IMG/VR virus record: IMGVR_UViG_3300029798_000001
Origin: a virus
Taxonomy: Duplodnaviria > Caudoviricetes
DNA length: 64,000 nt
Strand: one strand, 5' to 3'
In this document: in pieces, positions 29,435-39,388 of the stretch
Layout: every line of letters starts with the position of its first letter
Position numbering within the stretch: the stretch's first letter is position 1
Notes under the pieces: generated by a model
What the model was told of the DNA's origin: nothing
Databases searched by the model: none
What the model saw: the letters and a program-made list of their open reading frames with translations, nothing else
Program-made: the position numbers and the translations under genes

Positions 29435-30102
29435 CAACATTAAGCAGTTATGATCGACTTAAAGAAATCAGTGAGTATCATTTTGACACTGATCGTATGG
29501 ACCCATGTTGGGACACAGTTGTCCAGCTAGGGCATGTCGCAGGAGATTTTTCAACAGATGTCGCAGATATTCTAGCACAGGCCAAGCCAGCTAACTGGGA
29601 GACACGCGGATTCAAAGGTGAAGGCGTAGAAGTTCCTAGTGACGAACTGGTCAACGAAGAATACGACCTAGAACGTGTAGGCATTGATCCTAAAGTTGTA
29701 ATTACGGATCTGGCTTGGAAATTAAGTCCTAGACTACAAGCACTAAGCGATCGTTTTGCCTTACGCGATGTAATGAATCGAATTCACGTGCAAAAGCCAG
29801 GACAGTTATGGCACCTGCATATTGACAAATTGTATAAATGGTTTCCCGAAGATCCTAGTCAAGTGTATCGGTTGTTTGTTCAACTAACTGACTGGCAACC
29901 TGGACAATTTTGGCAATACGGTAACTATAACTGGGCACAGTGGAAGGCTGGCAATGTAACCACATTTGACTGGAAGAACGTTCCACACTCAACAGCCAAT
30001 GCTGGATTCTATCCTAGAGTTACACTACAAATTACCGGAATTAGAACCGACGCAACAGATGCCTTTTTAGCTGAACTAAAATCGGGCACAGTTACTCTAT
30101 GA
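29431..30102 (+). CDS. 2OG-Fe(II) dioxygenase/cupin (AspH-like)
   Basis: HLHID...VPHSTAN...RVTLQITG, an HxD...H triad plus Arg. Confidence 0.7.
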   Translation: MTTLSSYDRLKEISEYHFDTDRMDPCWDTVVQLGHVAGDFSTDVADILAQAKPANWETRGFKGEGVEVPSDELVNEEYDLERVGIDPKVVITDLAWKLSPRLQALSDRFALRDVMNRIHVQKPGQLWHLHIDKLYKWFPEDPSQVYRLFVQLTDWQPGQFWQYGNYNWAQWKAGNVTTFDWKNVPHSTANAGFYPRVTLQITGIRTDATDAFLAELKSGTVTL

Positions 30103-30749
30103 AGAAGTTATTAATTGTTACTGGGCCGCAGGGCTCTGGTAACCATTTGTTTAGTCGACTGCTAAGTTTACATCCAGCTGTTGAAGGTTGGGAAGAACTA
30201 TTAGACAAGTATTGGGTACCCAGTGATCAAGAGCCCTTTGCTGAATACTGGGTATATCCAGAACGTTTAACAGCAGATGTGTTTGCAGGCAAGGATTATT
30301 TCTTTGCCAATGTCAGTTGCCCATTCTTTTACGATGGCACAAGACGTATACCCAAAATTCTGGAAGTTGCGGAGCTGGCCCGGAGCTTTGGGATAGAAGT
30401 AGAAATTGCTATTGTTGTTCGTGATCAAAACATCAACCGGGAACAGCAGTTACGTATTCGCAAAGAGCACACAACTCCTATAGCGCAGGACTATTATTAT
30501 AATGCCCTATTGCCTAGCGAGTTTCCTGTTCACTATATCGATCACGAAGCATTTTTCTTACATACAACGCACTACCTAAAATGGTTAAGTCGTATACTTG
30601 CATTTCCTATTGCGTATAATGATCCAGATATAATGAAATTTATTAGCGAGGATGCCAATCACAAATATATAAAGTATGTTGACCATCACTGGTTAGACGA
30701 AGAAATACTTCGTGGATCGCACACTACACTAGCAGAAAGAACAAAATGA
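30099..30749 (+). CDS. sulfotransferase-like P-loop protein
   Basis: LLIVTGPQGSGNHLFSRLLSLHP; IVVRD. Confidence 0.55.
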   Translation: MKKLLIVTGPQGSGNHLFSRLLSLHPAVEGWEELLDKYWVPSDQEPFAEYWVYPERLTADVFAGKDYFFANVSCPFFYDGTRRIPKILEVAELARSFGIEVEIAIVVRDQNINREQQLRIRKEHTTPIAQDYYYNALLPSEFPVHYIDHEAFFLHTTHYLKWLSRILAFPIAYNDPDIMKFISEDANHKYIKYVDHHWLDEEILRGSHTTLAERTK

Positions 30750-31582
30750 CACAACGTATACTCATCATGGGGTTACCGGGTTCCGGCAAAACAACACTAG
30801 CAGGCGCTCTTAAACGGTATCTAGAAGCCAATGGCGAGATTAGTTATGCTCGTGCATTAACAGAACCAATGGATAGTAGTATAATGGTGAACTGGTTTAA
30901 TGCTGATGACATCCGCCGCAAGTATAACGACTGGGACTTTAGCAATGACGGGCGCATTCGCCAGAGTATCCGTATGTTCCAGTTTAGTATGGAATCCGGC
31001 GGCGATTATGTCATCTGCGACTTTGTTGCTCCCCTGGTCGAACAGCGTAACAATTTCAAAGCTGACTGGACCATCTGGGTCGATACAATCCGCGAAGGTC
31101 GTTACGAAGACACCAATAAAGCATTTGTAGAACCTGAGCAGTATGACTTCCGAATTACAGAACAAGATTGCGAAAAGTGGGCTGAATTTATCGGAGAGCA
31201 TATTGTTGCTAATCGCCGTCGTCCTGTATTTGATTGGCAAGCCGAAAGTGCCTTGTTACTTGGAAGATATCAGCCCTGGCACGACGGACACAGAGCACTA
31301 TTTGACCGTGCTATTGCCAAATCCGGACAGGTGATTATTCAAGTTCGTAATTGCCAAGGATGGAATGGATCTAATCCATTTGAATTTGAGAAAGTTAAAT
31401 CATTTATTAAACGCGATCTTGACCCGGTATATCAAGGGCAATACGAAATAATGCTAGTTCCTAATATAACTGAAATTGTATATGGAAGAGATGTAGGTTA
31501 TAAGATAACGCAAGAAACATTTGATGATAAAATACACTCTATCTCTGCTACAAAAATCCGTAAGGAGTTAGGAATTGAGTGA
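30746..31582 (+). CDS. adenylylsulfate kinase (CysC-like) fused to an HxGH nucleotidyltransferase domain
   Basis: MGLPGSGKTT, NADDIRR, DFS..GR; C-terminal GRYQPWHDGH and ISATKIR. Confidence 0.8.
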   Translation: MTQRILIMGLPGSGKTTLAGALKRYLEANGEISYARALTEPMDSSIMVNWFNADDIRRKYNDWDFSNDGRIRQSIRMFQFSMESGGDYVICDFVAPLVEQRNNFKADWTIWVDTIREGRYEDTNKAFVEPEQYDFRITEQDCEKWAEFIGEHIVANRRRPVFDWQAESALLLGRYQPWHDGHRALFDRAIAKSGQVIIQVRNCQGWNGSNPFEFEKVKSFIKRDLDPVYQGQYEIMLVPNITEIVYGRDVGYKITQETFDDKIHSISATKIRKELGIE

Positions 31583-31781
31583 TTCCAAAAGTCGTAGCCT
31601 GGTAAAAACTATTAGTTGGCGTTTAACTGGTAGTTTTTCTACTTTTCTAATTTCTTTTATTATTTTGGGTAATTTTACTATAGCAGGATCAATTGCTGTG
31701 ATCCAAATTATAGCTAATACCACGTTATATTACATACATGAACGATTTTGGGACCGTATTACTTGGGGTAAACGTAACTAA
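31575..31781 (+). CDS. small membrane protein (DUF2061-like)
   Basis: RSLVKTISWR...YYIHERFW; TTG start. Confidence 0.75.
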   Translation: MSDSKSRSLVKTISWRLTGSFSTFLISFIILGNFTIAGSIAVIQIIANTTLYYIHERFWDRITWGKRN

Positions 31782-31808
31782 ATATTGGTATCGACGGAGC
31801 ACAATACC

Positions 31809-32420
31809 ATGGAAATTAGACAAGATCAACTCGCACAAATCCTACCCGGCAACGCCTACATAGAACACTGGACGGATGCTTTAAACAAGATTCTACCCGA
31901 CTATGACATCACTACACCACAGCGTGTGGCCGCCTTTTTAGGTGAAACCTATGTGGAAAGTGCTGGTTATACAGCCCTACACGAAAACTTGAACTACACA
32001 GCACAGAGTCTTTGCCGTGTATGGCCCAGCCATTTTACCGCAGATATTGCTGACCAATACGCACACAATCCCGAACGCATTGCCAATCGTGCCTATGCTG
32101 GCCGTATGGGCAACGGTGACGAAGCGTCAGGTGATGGATGGAATTATTGCGGTCGCGGACTTATTCAGATTACTGGCCGCAACAACTATCAGGCCTTTGC
32201 AGATAGCCTACAGATGAACATTGCGGATGTTCCTGCCTTCCTACAAACATTTGAAGGTGCTATACAATCAGCGACCGCATTTTGGGAAACCAATAATCTT
32301 AATCAGTTTGCAGATAGTTGGAACATTCAAAAGCTAAGTATTAAGATCAATGGCGGAGAGTTGGGCTTACCAGAGCGTATTGCTCAATGTAACCATGCAC
32401 TTCAAGTATTAAACACGTAA
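31809..32420 (+). CDS. glycoside hydrolase family 19 endolysin
   Basis: AAFLGE..VES, ENLNY, IANRAYAGRMGNG, GRGLIQITGRNNY, INGG. Confidence 0.9.
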   Translation: MEIRQDQLAQILPGNAYIEHWTDALNKILPDYDITTPQRVAAFLGETYVESAGYTALHENLNYTAQSLCRVWPSHFTADIADQYAHNPERIANRAYAGRMGNGDEASGDGWNYCGRGLIQITGRNNYQAFADSLQMNIADVPAFLQTFEGAIQSATAFWETNNLNQFADSWNIQKLSIKINGGELGLPERIAQCNHALQVLNT

Positions 32421-32422
32421 TT

Positions 32423-32557
32423 ATGACAATAGCATTTTTATATCGATGGACTCAAAAATCTACAGGAATGTGGTATGAAGGCTCACGGACTGCTAACGGT
32501 AAAGAAATGGATATCGATAATTTTAATAAATGGCTTAAGCGACAAGGAAGTGCATAA
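32423..32557 (+). pseudogene. GIY-YIG homing endonuclease remnant (44 aa)
   Basis: MTIAFLYRWTQKSTGMWYEGSRTA is a Seg-like GIY-YIG N-terminus, followed almost at once by a stop. Confidence 0.6.
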
Positions 32558-33039
32558 TGTTAGATATTATCATAAAATACGCAGTTGGTGGTTTTCCAAT
32601 TTGGATGTGGCCTGCCTGTGCCGGCGGCAGTGCTGTGATATATTTTTTATTTCATGTTCTTAGTTCGTTACCACAAATTCGTCCATATGCTTTTTTAATC
32701 AAACCAGTCAGTGCTATTGTGTTTATGATTAGTATTTTTATGTATGGTGGTGCTGGAGTAGATGCCATCTATAAAGCGGCATTTAAAGAACAACAACAGC
32801 AACTTGAGCTGGCCCAACAGGCCAGCACCGATGCTACAAAACAGTTAACAGATGCTTTGGCCGCCAATGAACATTTAGTCAAAGGCCGTAATTATGGAGT
32901 TAGTCAAATTATTATAAAAGACACAACCAAGATCAACGCAGATTGTAATCGAATCAACAACGATGCCTGGGAAGATTATAATCGTGCGGTAAAAAATACA
33001 GGTAGCAAACAATTGCCTGCTGCAGGAGCCAAACAATGA
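32557..33039 (+). CDS. membrane protein with coiled-coil, possible inner-membrane spanin
   Basis: N-terminal TM segments, helical C-terminus, next to endolysin and a lipoprotein. Confidence 0.5.
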   Translation: MLDIIIKYAVGGFPIWMWPACAGGSAVIYFLFHVLSSLPQIRPYAFLIKPVSAIVFMISIFMYGGAGVDAIYKAAFKEQQQQLELAQQASTDATKQLTDALAANEHLVKGRNYGVSQIIIKDTTKINADCNRINNDAWEDYNRAVKNTGSKQLPAAGAKQ

Positions 33040-33305
33040 AACAATTAATTGTTATTTTTGTATTTTTATTGACCGCTTGCGCCAACAATAAACCACCTGC
33101 TATTCCCAACTGGCCAACTGTGCCTGCTGATCTGCAACAGCCTGCTGCGGATCTAACACCCCTGGGCGCCAACCAGCATAATTTGTCCGATTTGATCAGC
33201 AATTCAAACGACAATTACACTCAATACTATATTTTAAAAGAAAAGTATGAAGGCTGGCAAAATTGGTATAATGGTCAACAAAAGATATGGCAAGGTCTTA
33301 AATGA
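33036..33305 (+). CDS. lipoprotein, possible outer-membrane spanin
   Basis: Lipobox LTAC; Pro-rich N-part. Confidence 0.55.
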   Translation: MKQLIVIFVFLLTACANNKPPAIPNWPTVPADLQQPAADLTPLGANQHNLSDLISNSNDNYTQYYILKEKYEGWQNWYNGQQKIWQGLK

Positions 33306-33706
33306 AAAAGTTATTGTCGGCGGTATTTGTTCTTGCCCTCAACGGATGTGTTGCGTATGATGCTTACATGCTAACATCATTTGACTCAAATGAATACCAA
33401 CTAATGGCACAGATCCGTATTGATGCCAGGCATTTTGCCACCGCTTGTGCCAACCCTGTCATGGGCAAACCCAATGCTGTTGCCATGGCCAATGAAACAG
33501 AGCTGTTTGTGGCCTACAGCGAATACTTGCCACACAATAGCGATGCTGTCAACGCCGCTCGAGCATTGAATGAAATAGCACAAGGACTCAAAGATAGATA
33601 CAACTCGGGCGGTGCTGTTAGCCCGTTATTCTGCAGGTTAAAGTTCAACGGAATAGAACACAGCGCAGATTTAATACAACAAACCTTAGGAAATAGACCA
33701 AGATGA
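33302..33706 (+). CDS. putative lipoprotein
   Basis: Lipobox LNGC. Confidence 0.6.
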   Translation: MKKLLSAVFVLALNGCVAYDAYMLTSFDSNEYQLMAQIRIDARHFATACANPVMGKPNAVAMANETELFVAYSEYLPHNSDAVNAARALNEIAQGLKDRYNSGGAVSPLFCRLKFNGIEHSADLIQQTLGNRPR

Positions 33707-33963
33707 CCATAGATGAAATTAACCAGCAATTGGCCGCATTGGCCAACTGCGGAGACCCACAATTTGCTCAGGCTGCACAGTATGTGGCACAGGCTACTGC
33801 TGCTGCTCAAGCAGGACAAATGAGCCCGCAAGAATTAACAGAAACTCTGCAGGACATGCAACGGCAGATGCAAATCATACAGGACATGGGTCAACTACAA
33901 TTGAAAGAAACCCTGAATACTGTAATCAATGGCCTGATCTTGATTGCCGCTGCGGCAACATGA
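33703..33963 (+). CDS. hypothetical Gln/Ala-rich helical protein
   Basis: ATGA-coupled ORF. Confidence 0.6.
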   Translation: MTIDEINQQLAALANCGDPQFAQAAQYVAQATAAAQAGQMSPQELTETLQDMQRQMQIIQDMGQLQLKETLNTVINGLILIAAAAT

Positions 33964-33997
33964 ATTTGTAATATAACAACACATAAATAGACGCACC

Positions 33998-35080
33998 ATG
34001 ACAAATAAAGTATTATTCATCCTTAAACGCAGAGAAGATTACAACGCAGTGGAGCACAGTCCACAGGGACTTAGCACGGGCCTGTATAACTCGGCCAGCT
34101 TCATGAAAAACATGTTGGTCAACGCCGGGATTGACGCTGAACTTGAAGTTGCCATTGACAATAATGATATCGATCGACTGGTCACATTACACAAACCAAC
34201 TCATGTGATCATTGAAGCATTATGGGTGGTGCCCAGCAAATTTGCGGTATTGATTCCACTACACCCCACAGTTAGATGGATTGTTCGTCTACACAGTGAA
34301 ATGCCTTTTATGGCCGGCGAAGGCATGGCCATGGATTGGCTTGGAGAATACATTAAATTTCCTGAAATCAGTATTGGGGTAAATGCTCCTAGAATGCTGG
34401 ATGAAATTCGAACATATCTAGCCACTACAACAGATCATACGGAAGAAGAAACAGAAAGTCGCGTGTTTTATTTGCCCAACTACTATCCACAACAGTATAA
34501 CAGCAAAGATCTAGACGAACACAATCGTTATCGTGGCTACAAGTATTGGATTGATGTGGCCTGCTTTGGAGCGGTTCGTCCACTTAAAAACCACATGGTG
34601 CAGGCCGTAGCAGCCATCAAGTATGCTAACCAATACGGTAAACAGCTACGCTTCCACATCAATGCTGGCCGCATTGAAATGAAGGGCGATCCTGTGCTAA
34701 ACAACCTGCGCGGCATGTTTGAGCATCTAAGTGAGCATGGGCATCAACTAATAGCACATCAATGGGCAGTTAGAGAAGAATTCTTAGAACTATGTGCCGA
34801 CATGGACATAGGACTACAAACAAATTTTAGCGAAACATTTAACATTGTTTCGGCTGACTTGATTAGCCAAGGTGTTCCTATTGTTACCAGTAGAGAAATA
34901 CCCTGGAGCAACTGTATATTCAACGCTCGCCCTACAGAAAGTGACGAAATATATCATGCCATGACTAGAGCCTTGGTTTTTCCCAAGGCCAATGTGTGGT
35001 TGCATCAACACAATTTGACCCGTTATACCAATCGAACAGAAAAAATTTGGGTCAAATATTTTAAGGAGCCACAAAAATGA
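33998..35080 (+). CDS. glycosyltransferase (GT-B fold)
   Basis: FGAVRPLKNH, DIGLQTNFSETFNIVSAD..S.GVPIV. Confidence 0.8.
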   Translation: MTNKVLFILKRREDYNAVEHSPQGLSTGLYNSASFMKNMLVNAGIDAELEVAIDNNDIDRLVTLHKPTHVIIEALWVVPSKFAVLIPLHPTVRWIVRLHSEMPFMAGEGMAMDWLGEYIKFPEISIGVNAPRMLDEIRTYLATTTDHTEEETESRVFYLPNYYPQQYNSKDLDEHNRYRGYKYWIDVACFGAVRPLKNHMVQAVAAIKYANQYGKQLRFHINAGRIEMKGDPVLNNLRGMFEHLSEHGHQLIAHQWAVREEFLELCADMDIGLQTNFSETFNIVSADLISQGVPIVTSREIPWSNCIFNARPTESDEIYHAMTRALVFPKANVWLHQHNLTRYTNRTEKIWVKYFKEPQK

Positions 35081-35274
35081 GTAAACATCACTACAAAGTA
35101 AAAACACACCACTGGAGACAAGGTATTTTACACACAGCCGAGCAGGTATTTGAATCATTAGAAGAAGCCATGCAATACGCATTACACGCTGGCGGACACT
35201 CGGTTAAAGTTTATAACGAAAACGATCAATTGATACATCAGACCTCCGGTCAATCCAGCGATACCTATGCTTAG
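35077..35274 (+). CDS. hypothetical protein
   Basis: ATGA-coupled ORF. Confidence 0.6.
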   Translation: MSKHHYKVKTHHWRQGILHTAEQVFESLEEAMQYALHAGGHSVKVYNENDQLIHQTSGQSSDTYA

Positions 35275-35314
35275 TTTATTGTAGTAAATATAATAATAAT
35301 AAAAAGGAGCAGGT

Positions 35315-35965
35315 ATGTCACAGTTAAGTGAATACAATCACTCTACCGACAGCGAAAAGAAAAAAGAAGACTGGATGAACAGCAAATGGCGTCCAATGAT
35401 GGGTTGGATGTATATGTGTATCTGTATGTTTGATTTTATGATTGCACCAATTCTTTGGTCCACGATACAAGCACTATTCCACGGTGGTATTACAACACAA
35501 TGGCAACCCCTGACCCTTCAAGGCGGTGGCTTGTTCCATGTGGCCATGGGTGCTGTTATTGGTATTAGCGCATACGGTCGCACACAAGAAAAACTAGAAG
35601 GTGTGGCCGGGTCCAATCAACCCATGGGCACACAGTATGTTCCGCCTGGCGGTATGGGCGGTATGGGCGGTATGGGCAGTATGAACTCAGGACAGGGTGG
35701 AGGATTTAACAATGGCGGATTTAACAATGGGTCGCAGTCAATGGGCAGTGGGTCAACATTTGGCGCACCTTCAACAGGAGGATTCGGAAGTCCAGCACCA
35801 GCATTTGGTAGCACACCGTCTCCAACATTTGGTTCAGCCCCAGCACCAGCATTTGGATCTACGCCAGCACCAGCATTTGGCGCAGCACCAACATTTAATA
35901 CAACACCACCGGTAACTGCCGCAGGCGGGCCAAGTGGTCCAGCGCAATCTTTTCCAGCACTATAA
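35315..35965 (+). CDS. holin-like (3TM family) membrane protein with Gly/Pro/Phe low-complexity tail
   Basis: WRPMMGWMY...WQPLTL...FHVAMGAVIG...GRTQEK. Confidence 0.65.
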   Translation: MSQLSEYNHSTDSEKKKEDWMNSKWRPMMGWMYMCICMFDFMIAPILWSTIQALFHGGITTQWQPLTLQGGGLFHVAMGAVIGISAYGRTQEKLEGVAGSNQPMGTQYVPPGGMGGMGGMGSMNSGQGGGFNNGGFNNGSQSMGSGSTFGAPSTGGFGSPAPAFGSTPSPTFGSAPAPAFGSTPAPAFGAAPTFNTTPPVTAAGGPSGPAQSFPAL

Positions 35966-35975
35966 GGATACAAAA

Positions 35976-36179
35976 ATGATAAAATTATTAGTAACATCGA
36001 ACATAGCCGTTTGGTTATTTGTTGGATTCGAAGTAGCACACGCTGTTGAAACAAAGCAAGTGTGTCACGATGTTGTGGTTAAGGGCAAAACGGTTAATCA
36101 ATGTAAGACTGTTAAAATACACAAAAAAGTAGAAGGTACTCCTGTACCAGACGCACCTGCCAAAAAAGCCAAGAAGTAA
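35976..36179 (+). CDS. small secreted protein
   Basis: Signal peptide ending AHA; two Cys; basic tail. Confidence 0.55.
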   Translation: MIKLLVTSNIAVWLFVGFEVAHAVETKQVCHDVVVKGKTVNQCKTVKIHKKVEGTPVPDAPAKKAKK

Positions 36180-36230
36180 TTGACATCACCTCAAGCAGAC
36201 AGTATAATTAATATGCTGTCTGCTTTTTCT
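36180..36230 (+). promoter_or_regulatory. sigma70-type promoter overlapping a terminator hairpin
   Basis: TTGACA 36180-N17-TATAAT 36203; GCAGACAG/CTGTCTGC stem plus T run encloses the -10 box. Confidence 0.75.
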
Positions 36231-36235
36231 TTTAT

Positions 36236-37036
36236 ATGACTAACCACTACCAAACTCTCGGCGTTAATCGTGACGCCACCTCGGACGACATTAAACGGGC
36301 TTATCGTCGGCTCGCTAGCCAGCATCATCCTGATAAAGGTGGTGACAAAGTTAAATTCCAAGAATTACAATCAGCATATGCTATATTAAGCGATGATCAA
36401 AAAAGAGCCGAATACGATAACCCAATGAGTAGAAGTAATGGGTTTAATTTTCATACCAATGGCGCTGGCCCGTTTAATTTTGAAAGTATTTTTGATATTT
36501 TTGGCGCCAAATTCCAAAATCCCCATCAGCAACACCATCGTAAGGCACAACATGCCGTAATGACATTATGGATCACCTTACGAGATGTCGCACAAGGCGG
36601 TAATAGAAGTATTAGTGTTGGTACCCACCAAGGCAATATGACAGTGGAAATAGAAATACCCAAGGGTATCAATGACGGCGATAGTATACAATATTCTGGA
36701 ATTGGCCCCGGAGGCATCGATTTAGTAATCACCTATAGAATACACCCAGATCCTAAATGGGCTCGTCAAGGCTCTACCTTACAAACAGAACATACTATAT
36801 CTATTTGGGATTTAATCCTAGGATGTGAGATACCAATAAAAGACATATTGGGTAATAATTTAAGTTTAGCTGTGCCAGCCGGAACACAGCCCGGAACCAC
36901 ACTACGACTACGAGGCCGTGGACTTACTCCTCGTAGCAGTGAAACTGGAGATTTATTGGTTAAGGTACAGGCACAAATCCCTACAGATATCCCACAAGAA
37001 TTATTGGATCATATTACTCAATTCCGCGGTCAATAA
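36236..37036 (+). CDS. dnaJ: DnaJ-class co-chaperone (CbpA-like, no Zn finger)
   Basis: J-domain with HPD; C-terminal GRGL...GDLLVKV. Confidence 0.92.
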   Translation: MTNHYQTLGVNRDATSDDIKRAYRRLASQHHPDKGGDKVKFQELQSAYAILSDDQKRAEYDNPMSRSNGFNFHTNGAGPFNFESIFDIFGAKFQNPHQQHHRKAQHAVMTLWITLRDVAQGGNRSISVGTHQGNMTVEIEIPKGINDGDSIQYSGIGPGGIDLVITYRIHPDPKWARQGSTLQTEHTISIWDLILGCEIPIKDILGNNLSLAVPAGTQPGTTLRLRGRGLTPRSSETGDLLVKVQAQIPTDIPQELLDHITQFRGQ

Positions 37037-37049
37037 ATACCTATAGAGC

Positions 37050-37078
37050 TTGCATTTTGTAATAAAACATAGTATAAT
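37050..37078 (+). promoter_or_regulatory. sigma70-type promoter
   Basis: TTGCAT-N17-TATAAT. Confidence 0.65.
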
Positions 37079-37111
37079 AAACATTCGGATAACACATAAT
37101 AAAAGGAATCC

Positions 37112-39388
37112 ATGCAAACTAGTCCAGAAATTGAACAGATACTCGAAAATGCCGTTGGTTTGGCTCGTGAGTACAAACACGAATATGTATTAACCGAACA
37201 TGTGCTACTGGCCTTGATTCGATATAATCCTTTTAGAAAATGCCTAGAAAAATTTGGCACTAATGTTGAGTTGATGGATTCAGAAATATACGCATATCTA
37301 CTCAGTCTAGTTAATTTGGTTACTAATAAAGATGCGCCACCAAAAAAAACTAACGCATTAGAACGCTGTTTTAACCGAGCACTAACACAGGTATTGTTTA
37401 CTGGCCGCCGCCAAGTGGCTACCGCAGATTTATACATGGCCATGATGGCCGAAAACAATAGTCATGCTCATTATTTCCTACTCAAGTACGGAGTTAAAAA
37501 ACAAGAGTTTATGGAATTTTGGCAGGTCCATTATAATCATTCTGATGTTACCTTAAACGATCAACAGGCTACAGAAATACTCACACAGCATTGTTTAGAT
37601 CTTACTAAGTTAGCCAAAGAAGATCGACTAGAACCTATGATTGGTCGTAGTGAAGAACTTGATGAAATGATTACAGTACTAGCACGACGCTTTAAGGCCA
37701 ATGTATTGATGGTTGGTGATCCAGGGGTAGGCAAAACAGCTATCATCGAGGGCCTGGCCCAGGAAATTAATGCAGGACGGGTTCCTGAGTTTTTAAAGGA
37801 TCACGAAGTATGGAGCCTGGAAATTGGTAGCTTGCTCGCCGGTAGTAAGTATCGCGGCGAGTTTGAGGAAAAGTTTAAGGCAGTTATTACAGCTCTGGAA
37901 ACTAAAAAGAAATGTATTTTGTTTATTGACGAAGCACATACAATGATGGGTGCAGGAAGTTCAAGTAACAGCACATTAGACTTTGCAAATATGTTAAAGC
38001 CTGCTATTACCAAAGGTAATTTAAAAGTAGTAGCAAGTACTACCTGGGAAGAATATTATGGATCGTTTGAAAAAGATCGCGCTTTAATGCGTCGCTTCCA
38101 TCGTGTGAGCATTGACGAACCTACTCCAGCAGTAACTGAGCAGATCCTGATTGGACTTAGCCCTAGACTAGAAACATTCCATAATGTATTAATTGATACA
38201 GATGCTATTACAGCAGCCGTGGAGTTAAGTGGCCGCTACATACACGATCGTAAAAATCCAGATAAGAGTATTGATTTGATCGATGGTGCTTGTGCTAAAG
38301 AGCGGGTCAAAGACAAAGGTAATGTTACAGTTAATCGTGATATGATTATGGCGCAGTTAAGTCGTGTAACCAGTGTGCCGTTGGACCGATTGCAAAACGA
38401 ACGCAGTACCAATATTGTTGAGTTAGAAAGTAATATCAAACAAAAGCTCTATGGACAAGATGCCGCAGTTGATGCTGTGCTAGAGCGTGTCTATATTAAC
38501 TTCTCGGGTATTGGTAATCAAAAGCGTCCTATCGCCAGTTATCTATTCCTGGGGCCAACTGGCACAGGTAAAACAGAATTGGCCAAATTGTTAGCAGAAA
38601 ATCTAGATATGAAGTTGCTCAAGTATGATATGAGTGAGTATCAAGAACGGCATACTGTAAGTAGTTTAATCGGAGCACCCCCGGGCTATGTAGGTTTTGA
38701 AGATGGTAATATAGGCGGCGGCAAACTAATATCAGATATTAGTAAAAATCCTTTTAGCATTTTATTATTCGACGAAATCGAAAAGGCACATCCAGATGTA
38801 ATTAACATTATGTTACAAATGTTAGATGAAGCTCGTATCACCAGCAGCAACGGTAAAACCGTGGATCTTAAAAATTGTATCATTATTATGACATCTAATT
38901 TGGGTGCTCGTGATAACGAAAATAATAATATTGGATTTGGACAAAGTTTAGAAAAGACCGGCAGTGAAGACAAGGCTATGAAAGATTTCTTCAAGCCCGA
39001 ACTACGCAATCGTATTGATCAAGTATGTAAGTTTGTTAAACTTGACACCCTGGCAATTAAGAAAGTTGTTATTAAATTTGTAGATGAATTAAAAGCCAGC
39101 TTAGTTGAACGGAACATTCGATTAACTCTAGCCGAGTCAGTCATTGATATGTTAGCCGATAAAGGATATGATAGTAAGATGGGGGCTCGTCCGTTAGGTC
39201 GTAAAATTGACGAGTTAATTCGTGTACCATTGAGTAAACGCATCTTATTTGATCGCTTAGAAAATTGTACAATACATGCCGTTATGAATAATGATCAAGT
39301 TGAGTTTGTTTCGGATGAATCAATCATGCAACCCGGAGTTGATGAAGAAGGATATATAGTACTTGATCAATTTAAACCAACAGTTTAA
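37112..39388 (+). CDS. clpA: ATP-dependent Clp ATPase subunit ClpA
   Basis: Two AAA+ modules: GDPGVGKT/FIDEAH and GPTGTGKT/LFDEIEKAH; GARPL. Confidence 0.93.
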   Translation: MQTSPEIEQILENAVGLAREYKHEYVLTEHVLLALIRYNPFRKCLEKFGTNVELMDSEIYAYLLSLVNLVTNKDAPPKKTNALERCFNRALTQVLFTGRRQVATADLYMAMMAENNSHAHYFLLKYGVKKQEFMEFWQVHYNHSDVTLNDQQATEILTQHCLDLTKLAKEDRLEPMIGRSEELDEMITVLARRFKANVLMVGDPGVGKTAIIEGLAQEINAGRVPEFLKDHEVWSLEIGSLLAGSKYRGEFEEKFKAVITALETKKKCILFIDEAHTMMGAGSSSNSTLDFANMLKPAITKGNLKVVASTTWEEYYGSFEKDRALMRRFHRVSIDEPTPAVTEQILIGLSPRLETFHNVLIDTDAITAAVELSGRYIHDRKNPDKSIDLIDGACAKERVKDKGNVTVNRDMIMAQLSRVTSVPLDRLQNERSTNIVELESNIKQKLYGQDAAVDAVLERVYINFSGIGNQKRPIASYLFLGPTGTGKTELAKLLAENLDMKLLKYDMSEYQERHTVSSLIGAPPGYVGFEDGNIGGGKLISDISKNPFSILLFDEIEKAHPDVINIMLQMLDEARITSSNGKTVDLKNCIIIMTSNLGARDNENNNIGFGQSLEKTGSEDKAMKDFFKPELRNRIDQVCKFVKLDTLAIKKVVIKFVDELKASLVERNIRLTLAESVIDMLADKGYDSKMGARPLGRKIDELIRVPLSKRILFDRLENCTIHAVMNNDQVEFVSDESIMQPGVDEEGYIVLDQFKPTV

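Noticed and set aside
35617-36054. 145-aa minus-strand ORF
   Set aside because: Antisense shadow of the low-complexity holin tail.
37030-39243. Several minus-strand ORFs inside clpA
   Set aside because: They overlap a well-supported conserved gene and have no motifs.
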